Both the position numbers and the translations under genes were made by a program. Shown here piece by piece: positions 22,345 through 35,218 of a stretch of DNA of 64,000 nt. The notes beneath the pieces were generated by a model. The model had not been told where the DNA came from, made no database searches, and was given only the letters and a program-made list of their open reading frames with translations. The stretch lies in the NCBI GenBank assembly GCA_951406725.2, contig OX597830.1, forward strand, positions 11,656,001 through 11,720,000. Direction: 5' to 3'. Source of the DNA: Octopus vulgaris (taxonomy: Eukaryota). Each line of letters opens with the position of its first letter. Position 1 is the stretch's first letter.

Positions 22345-24859
22345 GGGAAGTTTGTTTTTTCCAGCATAATATGTGAAACAACATATTTAAATCAGATGCA
22401 GCACGAAGTTTTGTCAGTGACCAGGTCGCGGTCTCAAAGTGACGAAAATATTTTGACAAATTAAATTTAAATGTTGAAGTGAATCTAACAGTTTTGTGTG
22501 TTTCTTAAATGGCTTATAAACACCTTCCACGCTGCAATTGTCATATTTAAAGCGTAATGTTTTAATTAACCAAACAATCATTTATAAATGCAGGAATTGG
22601 TTTCTCTGTTTTGAAATACCAAATTTTGTCAGAATTTTGTTTGTAACTTATAATAAGAATGGAAAACCAGAAAGCACACTTTCGTTATTGAGAAAAGGAA
22701 AAAAATTCCATCTGATAATCAAAAAAATATGTACTGTACAGAAAAGGATCACGAGTAGACAAGGGGAAACAACTCTAGCTTTTCCTATATTAAGTCTTCA
22801 TTCAAGACAAAAACAAATGATGTTGAATAAATGTTTTGTATTTTTGAGTTTTTAACACAAAATCAAATTATAAGTACAATGATCCAATGCTTACACGTTG
22901 GGTAAATTGGATTCTGCTGTCCAATACCAACGTCCAACAGTAGCAAAGAGAAACTGTGTTATTTTTTCATTATGATACGTAGCACATTGCTGTACTTGAG
23001 AAGATCTGCCCACCACAACAGAATTGAGATCCTAAACCCAAGGTGCCACACAAAAAGCATTAGTGTGGGCTCCACGTAAAAAGCACCCAGCACACTCTGG
23101 GGGTGTGGTTGGTGTTAGGAAGGGCAGTAATAGAAACCAAGGCAAAATGGACTCTGCCTGGTGTGGCTCCTGGCCTTGCCAGTTCCTATCATGCCATCCA
23201 ACCCATGCCAGCATAGAAAATGGATGTTAAATGTTGTTGATGATGATGGTGATGATGATAACAGTAGATTCCATGTTTCTTTAGCCACTTGACAAAAATT
23301 AGCGGAGTTTGCTTGAGAATTGTTGGTCCATTTCTTATATTCACCAGATTTTGCCTCATGAGAGGAAGAGGTATTAGACAGGGTGTGTCATGAGGAAAGT
23401 CGTATGTATTAAACCAACTATTTCATATATTTGATGCTTGTGTTGACTCCTATATGATGAAAAACCAGGACAACCACAACCACACCAGTTTTTGAATACA
23501 AGACTATGAAACTAAAAATGTGTGATTGTAGGCGCGGGCATGGCTGTATGGTTGGGAAGCTTGCTTCCCGACTACATGGTTTCGGGTTCAGTGTCACTGC
23601 GTGGCACTTTGGGTAGGTGTCTTCCGCTATAGCACCGAGTCGACCGAAGCTTTGTGATTGAATTCGGTAGGTGCAAGTTACTGCCGTGTGTGTATGTGCG
23701 CGTATAGCTGCTCAGTGCCTCTCCGAAAGAGAGAGAGGGGATAGTATATAGCAAAAATGGAGAGAAGCTTTGGTTAGACTCCTCACAGGCACAGACATAG
23801 GTTCAAATTCTTTTGAGTAGGTAGCAGAGTTATGGTGGGTGGTGAGGACCTACGTTTGGCAGAGAAATAGATAGATAATATGACCAGGGTAGTCACAAAG
23901 TGTGTTGTTGAAAACATGACAGTAACATTTATCTCTCTCTGCTGTGCTAACCTTGGATCGTAGAGTGACCCGCTGTTCTTGAGGATTCGAAGACCTGACA
24001 AATGAAGTGAGTTCATGGCTTGCAGGACGGCCTTGGATTGTAGAGTGACCCACTGTTCTTGAGGAGACCTGTTGAGTCAAGTTCATCAACATCAAAAATT
24101 CGAATGGTAATTGTAGTTAAGACACCAGTGCTGGTGATATGTAAAAGCACCGTTCAAGCGTAGCAGTTACTAGCGTCGCCTGATTGGCATCCGTGTCAGT
24201 GACACGTAAAAGCACCAACTGATCGTGGCCGTTTGCCAGCCTGTGCTGGCACATAAAAAACATTCGCTACACTCACGGAGTGGTTGGCATGAGGAAAGGC
24301 ATCCAGCTGTAGAAACATTGCCAGATAAGACCGGAGCCTGGTGCAGCCTTTCTGGCTTCCCAGATCCCCGGTCGAAATGTCCAATCCATGCTAGCATAGA
24401 GAACGGATGTTAAATGATGATGATGATGATGATGATATGATCCACATGCTAGACCGGCAGATGAACCATCGAACCATTTTTATGTGGATTTTTGCGGATT
24501 ACCTTGATCATGAATTACAACGACCTTATTATTGTAGCTGTTGATTTCAACGAACATGTTGGGTAGCATCCTAATGGATTTCATGGTATACAGTAAAACG
24601 TATGGTTTTAGTTCAAGAAATGAGGAGGGAACAAGGCTACTGTAGTTCTGTGATACTAATGACTTGTTGATGTGCAGAACCAATTTCAGGAAGCCAACCA
24701 GTCACCTGATCATCTATCAATCTGGTAGGCATACCAGATTGATAGGATTCATTACAGCCTCACCAGAAACAGGGACAGGCAGATATTTACAAATGGTAGA
24801 AGTCCAATCCTGGATTAGGTTAGTGGTTGGTATCTTCAGACTCAGTACCAAAAGGACTC

Positions 24860-25100
24860 AGAGGTAAAAAAAAAAAACAGTTTGGCAAAAGATAATATGG
24901 AAACTTAAAGATCTGTTGAACAGTCAGAAATTTAGAGAAGTTCTAATCAACACTGTTGACCAGAAGGAGTGGGAGCTAGAGATGTAAAACATAGAAGATA
25001 ACTAGAAGTTCCAACAAGGCAACCTACTGAGGAAGACAGACCAAATTTGTGGCTGCTACAAAGTTCCAGCCAGACCAAAGATGATGTGGTGGCGGAACAT
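24860..25100 (+). mobile_element. RTE LINE internal fragment
   Basis: IWKLKDL...TDQICG..KVPARPK..WW; a related minus-strand fragment lies at ~44210-44390. Confidence 0.55.
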
Positions 25101-25339
25101 TCACTCACTTGATGCAATTATATGAGAGCAGAACTGCGCATATTTCATCTCCACTTTTGTGCTACCAGTTATCACTCCCTAGAACCACTTCCTTTTATCA
25201 CAAACATTATCATTACCACCCCTAATCACATTATTTCCCACTGAATGCCCCTTTCACACACACTCCTTTCCCTTGTACACTCTCTTATTCTCCAATTGAC
25301 AGCTCACACTGCATTTGTCCATCATTATTTCCATCCCTT

Positions 25340-25740
25340 AGGTGGCGAGCTGGCAGAATCGTTAGCATGCTGGGTGAAATGCTAAGCGGTATTTCATCTG
25401 CAGTTACGTTCTGAGTTCAAATTCCGCCAAGATTGACTTTGCCTTTCATCCTTTCGGGGTCGATAAATTAAGTACCAGTTACGCACTGGGGTCGATGTAA
25501 TCGACTTAATCCCTTTCTCTGTCCTTGTTTGTCCCCTCTGTGTTTAGCCCCTTCTGGGTAATAAAGAAATAGGTATTTCGTCTATCTTTACGTTCTGAGT
25601 TCAAATTCCACTGAGGTCAACTTTGCCTTTCATCCTTTCGGGGTCGATAAATTAAGTACCAGTCATGTACTGGGGTCAATCCAATCGACTAGCCCATCCC
25701 CCAAAATTTCAGGTCTTGTGCCTAGAGTAAAAAAAAAAAA
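25340..25740 (+). mobile_element. SINE family B, tandem dimer
   Basis: tRNA-like head GGCGAGCTGGCAGAA...GAGTTCAAATTCC; Nin-like core present twice; junction aaagaaataggtatttcg. Confidence 0.88.
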
Positions 25741-26581
25741 ATTGTTTCCATCCCCATCTACCCTAGCACTGTGCATCTCTCCTGTATCCCACTTAAACTT
25801 CATCGCATCTGTGCTGCCACCTAACCAATTCCTATTTTCTCCTGCCTTCACTCCCCACTCAAAACTGATACCACTGAACATTCCTCCACCCATGTTCATC
25901 TTCCATAGCATTTATTTGCTACTACCACCAAGATCTGCGCATACTCTTTTACTCTTTCACTTGTTTCAGTTATTTGACTGAAACAAGTGAAAGAGCAAAA
26001 GAGAGAACCACTTTGTAAAGTGGTTGGCATTAGGAAGGGCATCTAACTGTGGAAGCCATACCAAAATAGACATTGGAGCTTAGAACAGTCTTCTGGTTTA
26101 TCGGTTCTTGTCAACCCATCCAACACATTCCAGCATGGAAAACGGATATTAAACAATGGCGACGATAAATCTAAACCGTGGGAAAAATTTATTTGCAGGA
26201 TATCCCCAAGATTCTAATTGGAAGGTCATTAGGGTTGTCAGAGCAGTGAAGGAATGTTGTTGAATATATTGTTTGAATAATTTCAAGTTGTACCTCAATG
26301 TGTTTGTTTTACATATTAAGCAACATCCAAACAAATTTTTCAGTCAATTCAAGTCTCTCCCGTTAGTTACTCTTGTTGCTAATTATGTTGTATGCTATTT
26401 AGTTATCTCAACACTTCACCTACTGCTGACAATCAATGTTCACATTTACAAATTTATGAATCATTACTACTACTGCTACAATGTGGTATACCAAACTGGA
26501 TCTTTTTCTTTCTCCATATTCTTAGTATTTTTTGAAGCAACAAGTTCACATAATATAAATGAAGGCGCAGTAATGTAAATA

Positions 26582-26746
26582 GGCGCAGGAGTGGCTGTGT
26601 GGTAAGTAATTTGCTTACCAACCACATGGTTCAGGGTTCAGTCCCACTGCATGGCATCTTGGGCAAGTGTCTTCTGCTATAGCCTCAGGCCGACCAAAGC
26701 CTTGTGAGTGGATTTGGTAGACGGAAACTGAAAGAAGCCTGTCATA

Positions 26747-26793
<47 letters not shown>

Positions 26794-26995
26794 CTGTGTT
26801 TGTCCCTCTAGCATTGCTTGACAACCGATGCTGGTGTGTTTACGTTCCCGTAACTTAGCCGTTCGGCAAAAGAGACTGATAGAATAAGTACTGGGCTTAC
26901 AAAGAATAAGTCCTGGGGTCGATTTGCTCGACTAAAGGCGGTGCTCCCGCATGGCTGCAGTCAAATGACTGAAACAAGTAAAAGAGTAAAGAGAG
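26582..26995 (+). mobile_element. SINE family A
   Basis: Full copy. Confidence 0.9.
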
Positions 26996-27840
26996 AAGTT
27001 TGTGGTGCTCTTCCACCCACATGTTCACATGGTGGAACTGATGATGTTGGTAGTGCTCCTTCATTATATTCACATGGAGGGGTTAATGTTTCTAGTACTC
27101 CTCCACTAGGAGTTGATGTTTGTATTACTCCTCAAATAACCTATTCACATGGAGGAGGTGATGTCTCTGGTGCTCTTCCACCAACATGTTCACATGGTGG
27201 AACTGATGATGTTGGTAGTGCTCCTTCATTATATTCACATGGAGGGGTTAATGTTTCTAGCACTCCTCCACTAGGAGTTGATGTTTGTATTACTCCTCAA
27301 ATAACCTATTCACATGGCGGAGGTGATGTTTCTGGTGCTCTTCCACCAACATGTTCACATGGTGGAACTGATGATGTTGGTAGTGCTCCTTCATTATATT
27401 CACATGGAGGGGTTAATGTTTCTAGTACTCCTCCATTAGGAGTTGATGTTTGTATTACTCCTCAAATAACCTATTCACATGGAGGAGGTGATGTTTCTGG
27501 TGCTCTTCCACCAACATGTTCACATGGTGGAACTGCTGATGTTGGGAGTGCTCCTTCATTATATTCACATGGAGGGGTTAATGTTTCTAGTACTCCTCCA
27601 TTAGGAGTTGATGTTTGTATTACTCCTCAAATAACCTATTCACATGGAGGAGGTGATGTCTCTGGTGCTCTTCCACCAACATGTTCACATGGTGGAACTG
27701 CTGATGTTGGTAGTGCTCCTTCATTATATATTCACATGGAGGGGTTAATGTTTCTAGTACTCCTCCATTAGGAGTTGATGTTTGTATTACTCCTCAAATA
27801 ACCTATTCTCTGGTGCTCTTCCACCAACATGTTCACATGA
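26996..27840. repeat. 165-bp minisatellite, ~5 copies, built from ~40-bp TCACATGG subrepeats
   Basis: ggtgctcttccacc recurs at 27004, 27169, 27334, 27499, 27664 and (after a deletion) 27811. Confidence 0.95.
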
Positions 27841-27998
27841 AGTAAGGGATATTCTGTTGTGTTCCTCTATCAGTATTTCCACACGCAGGAGTGGAAGTTT
27901 CTTTTACTTCTCTGTCAATATGTTTACACAAAAGTGATTCATTACAGTGTATGTTACTTTGAAGTTCTTCTTTAATCCTCTGCTTTTCCCTATTTCAG

Positions 27999-28080
27999 AG
28001 CAGTTACAATGGAAGACGGAAAAAAACTTGCCGACGAATGGGAAATTCCTTTTCTTGAAGTATCTGCCAAAACAGATGAG
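27999..28080 (+). pseudogene. Rheb: Rheb-like exon (equivalent to exon 7): (R)AVTMEDGKKLADEWEIPFLEVSAKTDE
   Basis: G5 motif ExSAK; ttttccctatttcag acceptor; 82 bp, phase 2/0 as in Rheb; weak donor gttatc. Confidence 0.85.
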
Positions 28081-28200
28081 GTTATCTCCAGTTCCATATT
28101 AATTCCTTATTTTCACCCTTATATGAAGATATGATATTTTTATTTTTTACTTCTCTTAATTTTAAAATTCCTTATTGCATATACAATACCATTTTCTTAA

Positions 28201-28330
28201 AACCTGGAGTCATTGTTTGATCTAAGAACTACCACAAGCTAAGAGTAAGAAGAGAGGTGGTAAGAAAACTGGTAGTCCAAAGGAAGGTAAGAGTGAACCG
28301 GGTAATAATGATTGTGAATGCAACAATTAA
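28201..28330 (+). pseudogene. Probable last-exon remnant of the Rheb/Ras-like gene (NLESLFDL / frameshift / ELPQAKSKKRGGKKTGSPKEGKSEPGNNDCECNN*)
   Basis: NLESLF continues SAKTDE as in Ras-family helix 5; polybasic tail with terminal cysteines. The acceptor reads ttttcttAA instead of AG and the frame is broken. Confidence 0.5.
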
Positions 28331-30040
28331 AACAATTATATTTGAAATTGCAAAGGCCGGAAGAATTATGAATCATATTGATTTCAAATACCAGTAAAGA
28401 ATATATTTTGAAGTGGGACTAAGATTCTCTGAGAGCCACTGCCAAGTGAAGTGCCAACTTATTATTATCTTGTATCCATGGTGTGTCATTATCATCATTG
28501 ATCTAATATACTTTGCTATAAACTAGAATCATAGCTTGCCAGGTAGATGCAACATTGTGTAATTTAGTAAGTATTTAGTAGAGCTTTAATTCTTCCATGA
28601 TCCTAGAAAATCAAGTGGGAAACACTTCAATAAAGCATCTTTTTAAAACCGTTTTATGAAGATAAATCTTCAGTTCTACTCCAACAATTCAGTTGCTCAG
28701 GGAATATTAATTATAATATTTGTGATGTTTAGCATTTTTTCTTTTTTCATTGAATAGTAATTAATAGGTTAAACAGTTCAAGATTGTTTCAGAAATGTTA
28801 AATATCTTTTAGTTTGCCCTGTTTTGTAGAAACCGTTTGTCCTGTTTAGTTGCTGGGCCAACTCTGTGACTTAAGTCCACTTTAGTATAACAGTTTCCTT
28901 TTTATTATATTACTAATGCAACTCCCGTTTCCTCTCAATGCTTGCTCCTTTGTTAGAAAGGAGTTTTAGAAATCCCAGAGTTTTCTTAAAGTTGGTCTTT
29001 TCTGCTCCTGTGACAAGAGTTGAAATTGAAGATCTGTGGAAGATACGTGTCTCTATAATTCCCTAATTCTTGACAAATTTACTATAATTTTCCCTTCAAC
29101 TTTGTTCTTTTACTGTTTTTAGTTTTGACTAATGGTTCATTCAGTAATTTGAGAAGATATTAATTTCATATCTTGTCTCAAATTTTAATTGCCCATCCTC
29201 TATAAATTTGATGCTTTCCAAATTATAAATAAAAATATCATCTTGCTTTTTCAGTCAGACCTTCTTTCTTCACCCCATCCACTCTAACTCCCATTTGCAT
29301 TTGTTATGTCCCAATCTTTTCCTTCACTTATTTCCCCTTTTTGTCCCTTCTTCCCCAAACACATGCCATACCTCTGTATAAGTGAGGACAATATTGAACA
29401 TTCTAACATGAAGGCTTCCATGCTATAGAATATCTTTCCCACTAAATTCTTCTTCTCTCTTTTAACATCTTTTCTCACCAACAAACTTACCTTAGTGATA
29501 TGACACTCACCTGAAAGTCTTTTCCATCTGTAGAGCCCTCCTTCTTTTTCTCCTCATCTCTCCATCCATTAATCCGTTGTCACCACTGTCAATGTTTGTC
29601 CCATTGTAATCTCGATGCTTTCTTTAATTTTCCAGGTAACTACAAAAGATATCAAAGGCTCACGGGTAAGTTTACACTTCACTAATGTTTCATTGTCTTG
29701 CAAACTTTGTCTAATGCTTCCCACATACCCATGGCAAAGGTCATGGATATATTTATCTCAGCAAAGATATAATCTTTATGTGTATTGCTTTATGCTGGTG
29801 TAGGTTGTATATCTCTGCAAATTCACAACTCTTGCAAGTATTTTATAGTTGTTAAAATCCACTTACTGTGTTTTTTATTAGTAGCTGTACTGTATTGCTT
29901 CTTTGGGTGAGTACAGGAATCTTGTTAAGGGTGCAGGGCAATTCCAGTGGTCCAACAGTCCAAAAATCAATGAATAAAATAATTTAGTCAACAATGTAAT
30001 ATTATTACTAGTTTGAATATGCTAATAGCACATTCGGACT

Positions 30041-30920
30041 TGTGAACAAACTATTCACTGTATTTTGCCATGGAGAAAATTTCTAGCTGTAGACAAATGG
30101 TGTGGATACACTTAGATTGGAATTTGCATCACCGGTCTGGAACTCCTATCTTGCCCAGGATATTAATCGTCTGGAAGCCATTCAGCGACGTGCAACCAAA
30201 AGAATACCCTCCATCAGGCATTTGCCATATTCTGAACACCTTACTGGACACATTGAAACTCCGACATCTGGCAGCTGACTTGGCAGACACCCATAAAATT
30301 ATTAACCATCTTACAAACAATAACTCTGAGCACCTTTTCAAACTCCACCCGTCTAACACCCGTGGACATATTTACAAAGTCAGAAAACAGCACAGCTCCC
30401 ATGACTTCAGGAAACATTTTTTCACGCTGAGAGTTGCTGAAGCATGGAACAAACTGCCGGCCTCAGTTGTTAGTTGTCAGAGCACTGCATCCTTCAAAAC
30501 TTCCATGCTTTCTGAGATTTGCCAACACTACACCTGATTTTCTCCCCTCCATACACACACACACGCAAGCATGTATCTGACTGTTCGCTTTCCAGACATT
30601 TGTACATTACTGCATATGCTTTATACGCACTTTTGACAAGTTGTGGTGCACCTGAGCACTGTATACAATAATTTCATTATTATTATTAGATCAGTTCACA
30701 GAGTCATCTACCTAGAGATGCCAGCATTTCGGAGTAGTTATCTCCTCTTTGTTCACAGACACCAGGCAGGTGATGCTGTGAACTGATCAAAGAGGTTGCT
30801 TTTATGCTATTTCAGTTACCATACACTGGGTGCTGTGAACTGATCTATGTGTATCCATACCAGCTAGAAATTTTCACCATGACAAAACACAGTGAATGGC
30901 CTATGTATTAGTCCAAACAT
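30041..30920. mobile_element. Old MITE with ~60-bp inverted ends, interrupted by CR1
   Basis: 30053-30117 is an imperfect reverse complement of 30843-30898. Confidence 0.55.
30117..30688 (+). mobile_element. 5'-truncated CR1 LINE
   Basis: LEFASPVWNSYL..DINRLEAIQRRATK, TRGH.YK, FFTLRVAEAWNKLP; (ATT)n tail. Confidence 0.9.
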
Positions 30921-31851
30921 GTAGGGGCCTCGTTTACCTTAAAAATGTGAGGGGAACAAATCAACATTTTTTGATTCTTAAAGGAGCATGTTAGTATTGT
31001 TTATCGTGCCTTTCCGGACCCTATCAAATAAGTTAAATTTTACTTATGTGAATGAAGTTCAGACATAAAAAATAAGCTTCAAAAGAATTTATTATATCAA
31101 ATAAACAAAATATAAAATTGATGTTTGAATAAAAAAATATAAAGCAAAGTTTATTGTCTTTTAGAACTTTCCAAATATATCTTGCATCGTTGCTGTTAAT
31201 AAATAATTTAGCAGCTTCTTTGCAACTAATCTTTTTCAAAAAATCTCTATGAACATGGCATATTAGAATATGATTCAACCTTTGCTGAGCCCTGGTCAGT
31301 CACAGCCAAGTTTTGAGTCTCTGCAGAGTGCTAAAAGATCTTTCAGCTTAACAAGAACTGGTTTGAAACACTAAAAGTAGCTTGAGTAATCGCTCAACGT
31401 TTGGAAACCTGTGATGGACTTGTGGTTGTATTTCACTGAATATTTTACAATGATTCTCAAGAGATGAGCCACTATAATGATTTCTTCAGTACAGTGGTCA
31501 ATCAAGTTTGACTGAGATGAAATTTAGGGGACACATCCCACAATGTCCATACCAACTTTTTGTACAACCCCTCCATTGCCTCCTGCTGAGTCTTGGAGTA
31601 GTCATAGAGCAGGAATGGTCACAACGCTTTGGATATGATGCTATACTGGAAGCGCTACACCTTAAACTTCTCCAGTAGCTGGCTGTTGTAAACTACTCTA
31701 AACCACTTGCTTAATTGAGTCATGGTTTCTTTAGGACTGTTGTTATCCTTCAGAGTTCTCTCATAATTCTTCTCAAGGTATTGGACATCTTTCTCTTAAT
31801 GATGTAATACTGTATGTATGGTGTAAATATAAGTATGTATATCATCATAAG

Positions 31852-32082
31852 GGCGGCAAGCTGGCAGAAACGTTAGCATGCCAGGTGAAATGCGCAGCCG
31901 TGTTTCGTCTGCCGTTATGTTCTAGGTTCAAATTCTACCGAGGTTGACTTTGCCTTTCATCCTTTCGGGGTCAATTAAATAAGCACCAGTTACGCACTGG
32001 GGTTGATGTAATCGACTTAATCCCTTTGTCTGTCCTTGTTTGTCTCCTCTGTGTTTAGCCCCTTGTGGGTAGTAAAGAAATA
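31852..32082 (+). mobile_element. SINE family B monomer
   Basis: Head, Nin-like core, and tail ending gtagtaaagaaat. Confidence 0.88.
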
Positions 32083-32305
32083 TATAAATATGTATATCAT
32101 CATCATCATCATCATTGTTGATGTTGTCATCACTGTTGTTGTCTTAGTCATCTCCTCGTCATCGTCGATGTCGGCGTCCACCACATTTACTTTTCTATGC
32201 TTTCATAGGTCTGACAGGGTTTATCGAGGCATATGCCCCCTTCTTAGCACAAACTCTCACCTATTTCTAGATGTGTTTCCATAGAAGATTGCAAACAAAC
32301 ACCAA

Positions 32306-32724
32306 CTATTTCTTTACTACCCACAAGGGGCTAAACACAGAGGGGACAAACAAGGACAGACACATGGATTAAGTCGATTACATCGACCCCAGTGCGTAAC
32401 TGGTACTTATTTAATCGACCCCGAAAGGATGAAAGGCAAAGTCGACCTCGGCGGAATTTGAACTCAGAACGTAACGGAAGATGAAATACCTATTTCTTTA
32501 CTACCAACAAGGGGCTAAACACAGAGGGGACAAACAAGGACAGACACATGGATTAAGTCGATTACATCGACCCCAGTGCGTAACTGGTACTTATTTAATT
32601 GACCCTGAAACGATGAAAGGCCAAGTCGACCTCGGCGGAATTTGAACTCAGAACGTAGCGGCAGACGAAATACTGCTAAGCATTTCGCCTGGTGTACTAA
32701 CGATCGATTTGCTAGCTCACTGCC
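32306..32724 (-). mobile_element. SINE family B tandem dimer
   Basis: Two cores and two tails with the same junction as 25570. Confidence 0.88.
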
Positions 32725-33314
32725 TTCAATAAACACCACCATTTGTATGATGGCAAGGTTTGTTTACAATTTGTGTGTAATGTCAAGACAAGGGGACAGA
32801 AACACACTCATACACTCGTGCATACAGTATTACCATCACCATCATCATCATCATCATCGTCGTCGTTATCGTCATCGTCATTTTACATCCACTTTCCATG
32901 CTTGGATTGGATAGTTATCACAGTTTGAGCTGCCTCCAAAGACTTGGAACTCATAAGTCTCATTTGGCTGGGTTTCTATGGCTAGATGCTCTACCGAATG
33001 CCAACCATTTTACAGAATGCATTGAATGCATTCTGTAGTGGCATCAGCACTAGATAAGCTGAATAGTTCTTGGTGTAATAGGACTAGGGTGACCTCATGA
33101 TTTTCTCTGCTCACTTAGCCAACCCCATTATAGTGTGAACAGCAGGTGGAGTGGGGCTTGTACACAGTAAATATAAATTTGGAGAAAGAACAATGATTAC
33201 AGAAAAGCCAGAAATGGATATTTGAGAGGAGGGGAAATGGGATTAAATTACAGTGTGTACAGGTGGCTGAAGAGGGGAATTGTAAGGGGGAAAAAGGAAT
33301 AGAATAATATCAGA

Positions 33315-33977
33315 GCAATAATAAATCTCTGAACGAGGTATTGATAGTAACTGCACGACAATGTGAAGTATATTTGCCATCTAAATATGGCTAACCACTA
33401 AGGGTGGATGTTACTGTATCTTGTAGCCCCAGGAGAACATCTTCTCCAGCTGGCTATTGACACACTTTCTGTGTCCTATCGGTATTTGCAAAGGGAGGTC
33501 ATCCTTCCCTCGTCAACCTAAGTGATACGTAGGGACTGCAGTTTCTGGGTATTGACCCATCATCAGTGCACGACAATCACCAGTTTTCGATGGAAGGGTC
33601 CCAGTGCAAATATTTATATCCTTTTTCCAGTGACTTTTCGTCACTGATCTTGAAAAAGTGTAAACAAGCTATAATAAATTTCTGAACGAGGTATAGACAG
33701 TAACTGCACGACAATGTGAGGTATATTTGCCATCTAAATATGGCTAACCACTAAGGGTGGGTGTTACTGTAGCTTGTAGCCCAGGGAGAACATCTTCTCC
33801 AGCTGGCTATTGACACACTTAGGTTGACGAGGGAAGGATGACCTCCCTTTGCAAATACCGATAGGACACAGAAAATGTGCCTATAGCCAGCTGGAGAAGA
33901 TGTTCTCCCTGGGCTACAAGCTACAGTAACACCCACCCTTAGTGGTTAGCCATACTGAGATGGCAAATATACTTCAC
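33315..33977 (-). mobile_element. Short Penelope pLTR-like element with direct and inverted repeats and a hammerhead core
   Basis: Direct repeat 33318-33466 / 33671-33820; inverted copy 33816-33977; 12-bp TSD aataatatcaga (33303-33314, 33978-33989). Confidence 0.8.
33533..33566 (-). ncRNA. Hammerhead ribozyme core (stem I degenerate)
   Basis: Minus strand CTGATGA tggg-tcaata-ccca GAAA ctgcag TC with palindromic stem III (actgcagt); stem I pairing is poor in this copy. Confidence 0.65.
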
Positions 33978-35172
33978 AATAATATCAGACAAATCAGAAT
34001 GGGTGGGAGGGTGGAAGGAACAAGAGTATGAGGGGAAGGCAGCAACAAAATATGTAGAGGTGGTTGGCGGGAAGAGAGTGATTAGTAATTGTAGGTGGAC
34101 AAAGGTAGAGGAGGGTAATGAGATAAATGTGGGAGTAGGTTAGGGGTGGCAATAGAGGTGGTTCAGCAGAGAGTAGTGGCTCGCAGCACAGAATGGTAAA
34201 ATTCGAGTGTACTGGACAAAGAGGATGATGATGGCCTGATCCAGTCTCCTATATATAGGTCTGATGAAGAGCAAGTGGGCAGAGTGATGAGGATGGAGGG
34301 GAGATGAGCATTGGAGGGCTGTGAGTGAGAAGTATACAAGCAAAATGGGTCAAGCAATAGGCAGATGGGTCAAGGATGTAAGGGGAGGGACCACAAATGA
34401 AGGACTGGTAGGGTTATAAATATTGCAACCCCTAAACACTTCCCTTAGAAGACGCATTGTTGCAGTTATCTAAGTATTTCACTTGTAGTTGTCTTACTAA
34501 GAACATTATATCTATGGTCTTCTTTGAGGCATAAAACTGACCTATATCTCATCTAGGTTTATTTTGTTCCTGATTAATTGCGCTGTGATTCCTTCTGTAA
34601 CCTCCATAGCTTAGTCCAACAATTTGATGCCTCTATAAGTTCCATTCACAACAGCATCTAGTTTATTTTTGTATCAGTTTACACTGCAACAACAGATCCA
34701 ATGGAGAGAATTTATCACTGTAAACTCCCTTATGATTAGTTTTGTAGTAAAATACAGAGCAAAAATTGGTGAAATCTGAGAGGAACTAAGGCCAAAATAA
34801 TTTGTATTTAAGTACTCATTATTATTTAAAAAAAAACCAATTAGTACAATTAAGCTTTCCTGAATATTTTGAATGATCTAAATGATGGGTATCTAATACT
34901 CTGATACTGACTACTACATCAAAATTGGTATCATTATCATCATTTAATGTCAGCTTTCCATGCTGGAATGGGTTCAATGATTCGACTGGAACTGGTAAGC
35001 CAGAGAACTGCATGAGGTTCCAGTCTGATTTGGCATGGTTTCTACAGCTGGATGCCCTTCCTAATGCCAAAATTCAGCAAGCAAAAATTGGTCAAATTTG
35101 AGGGCGATCACATGAGCACTGAACTGTAGTTATATCTATATACATATGCATGTGTATGTGTGTGTTTTATAA

Positions 35173-35218
<46 letters not shown>

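Noticed and set aside
26941-27771. 276-aa ORF as a bona fide gene
   Set aside because: It starts at a GTG inside a SINE tail, has no splice or promoter support, and its length is explained by tandem amplification. Kept only as a finding.
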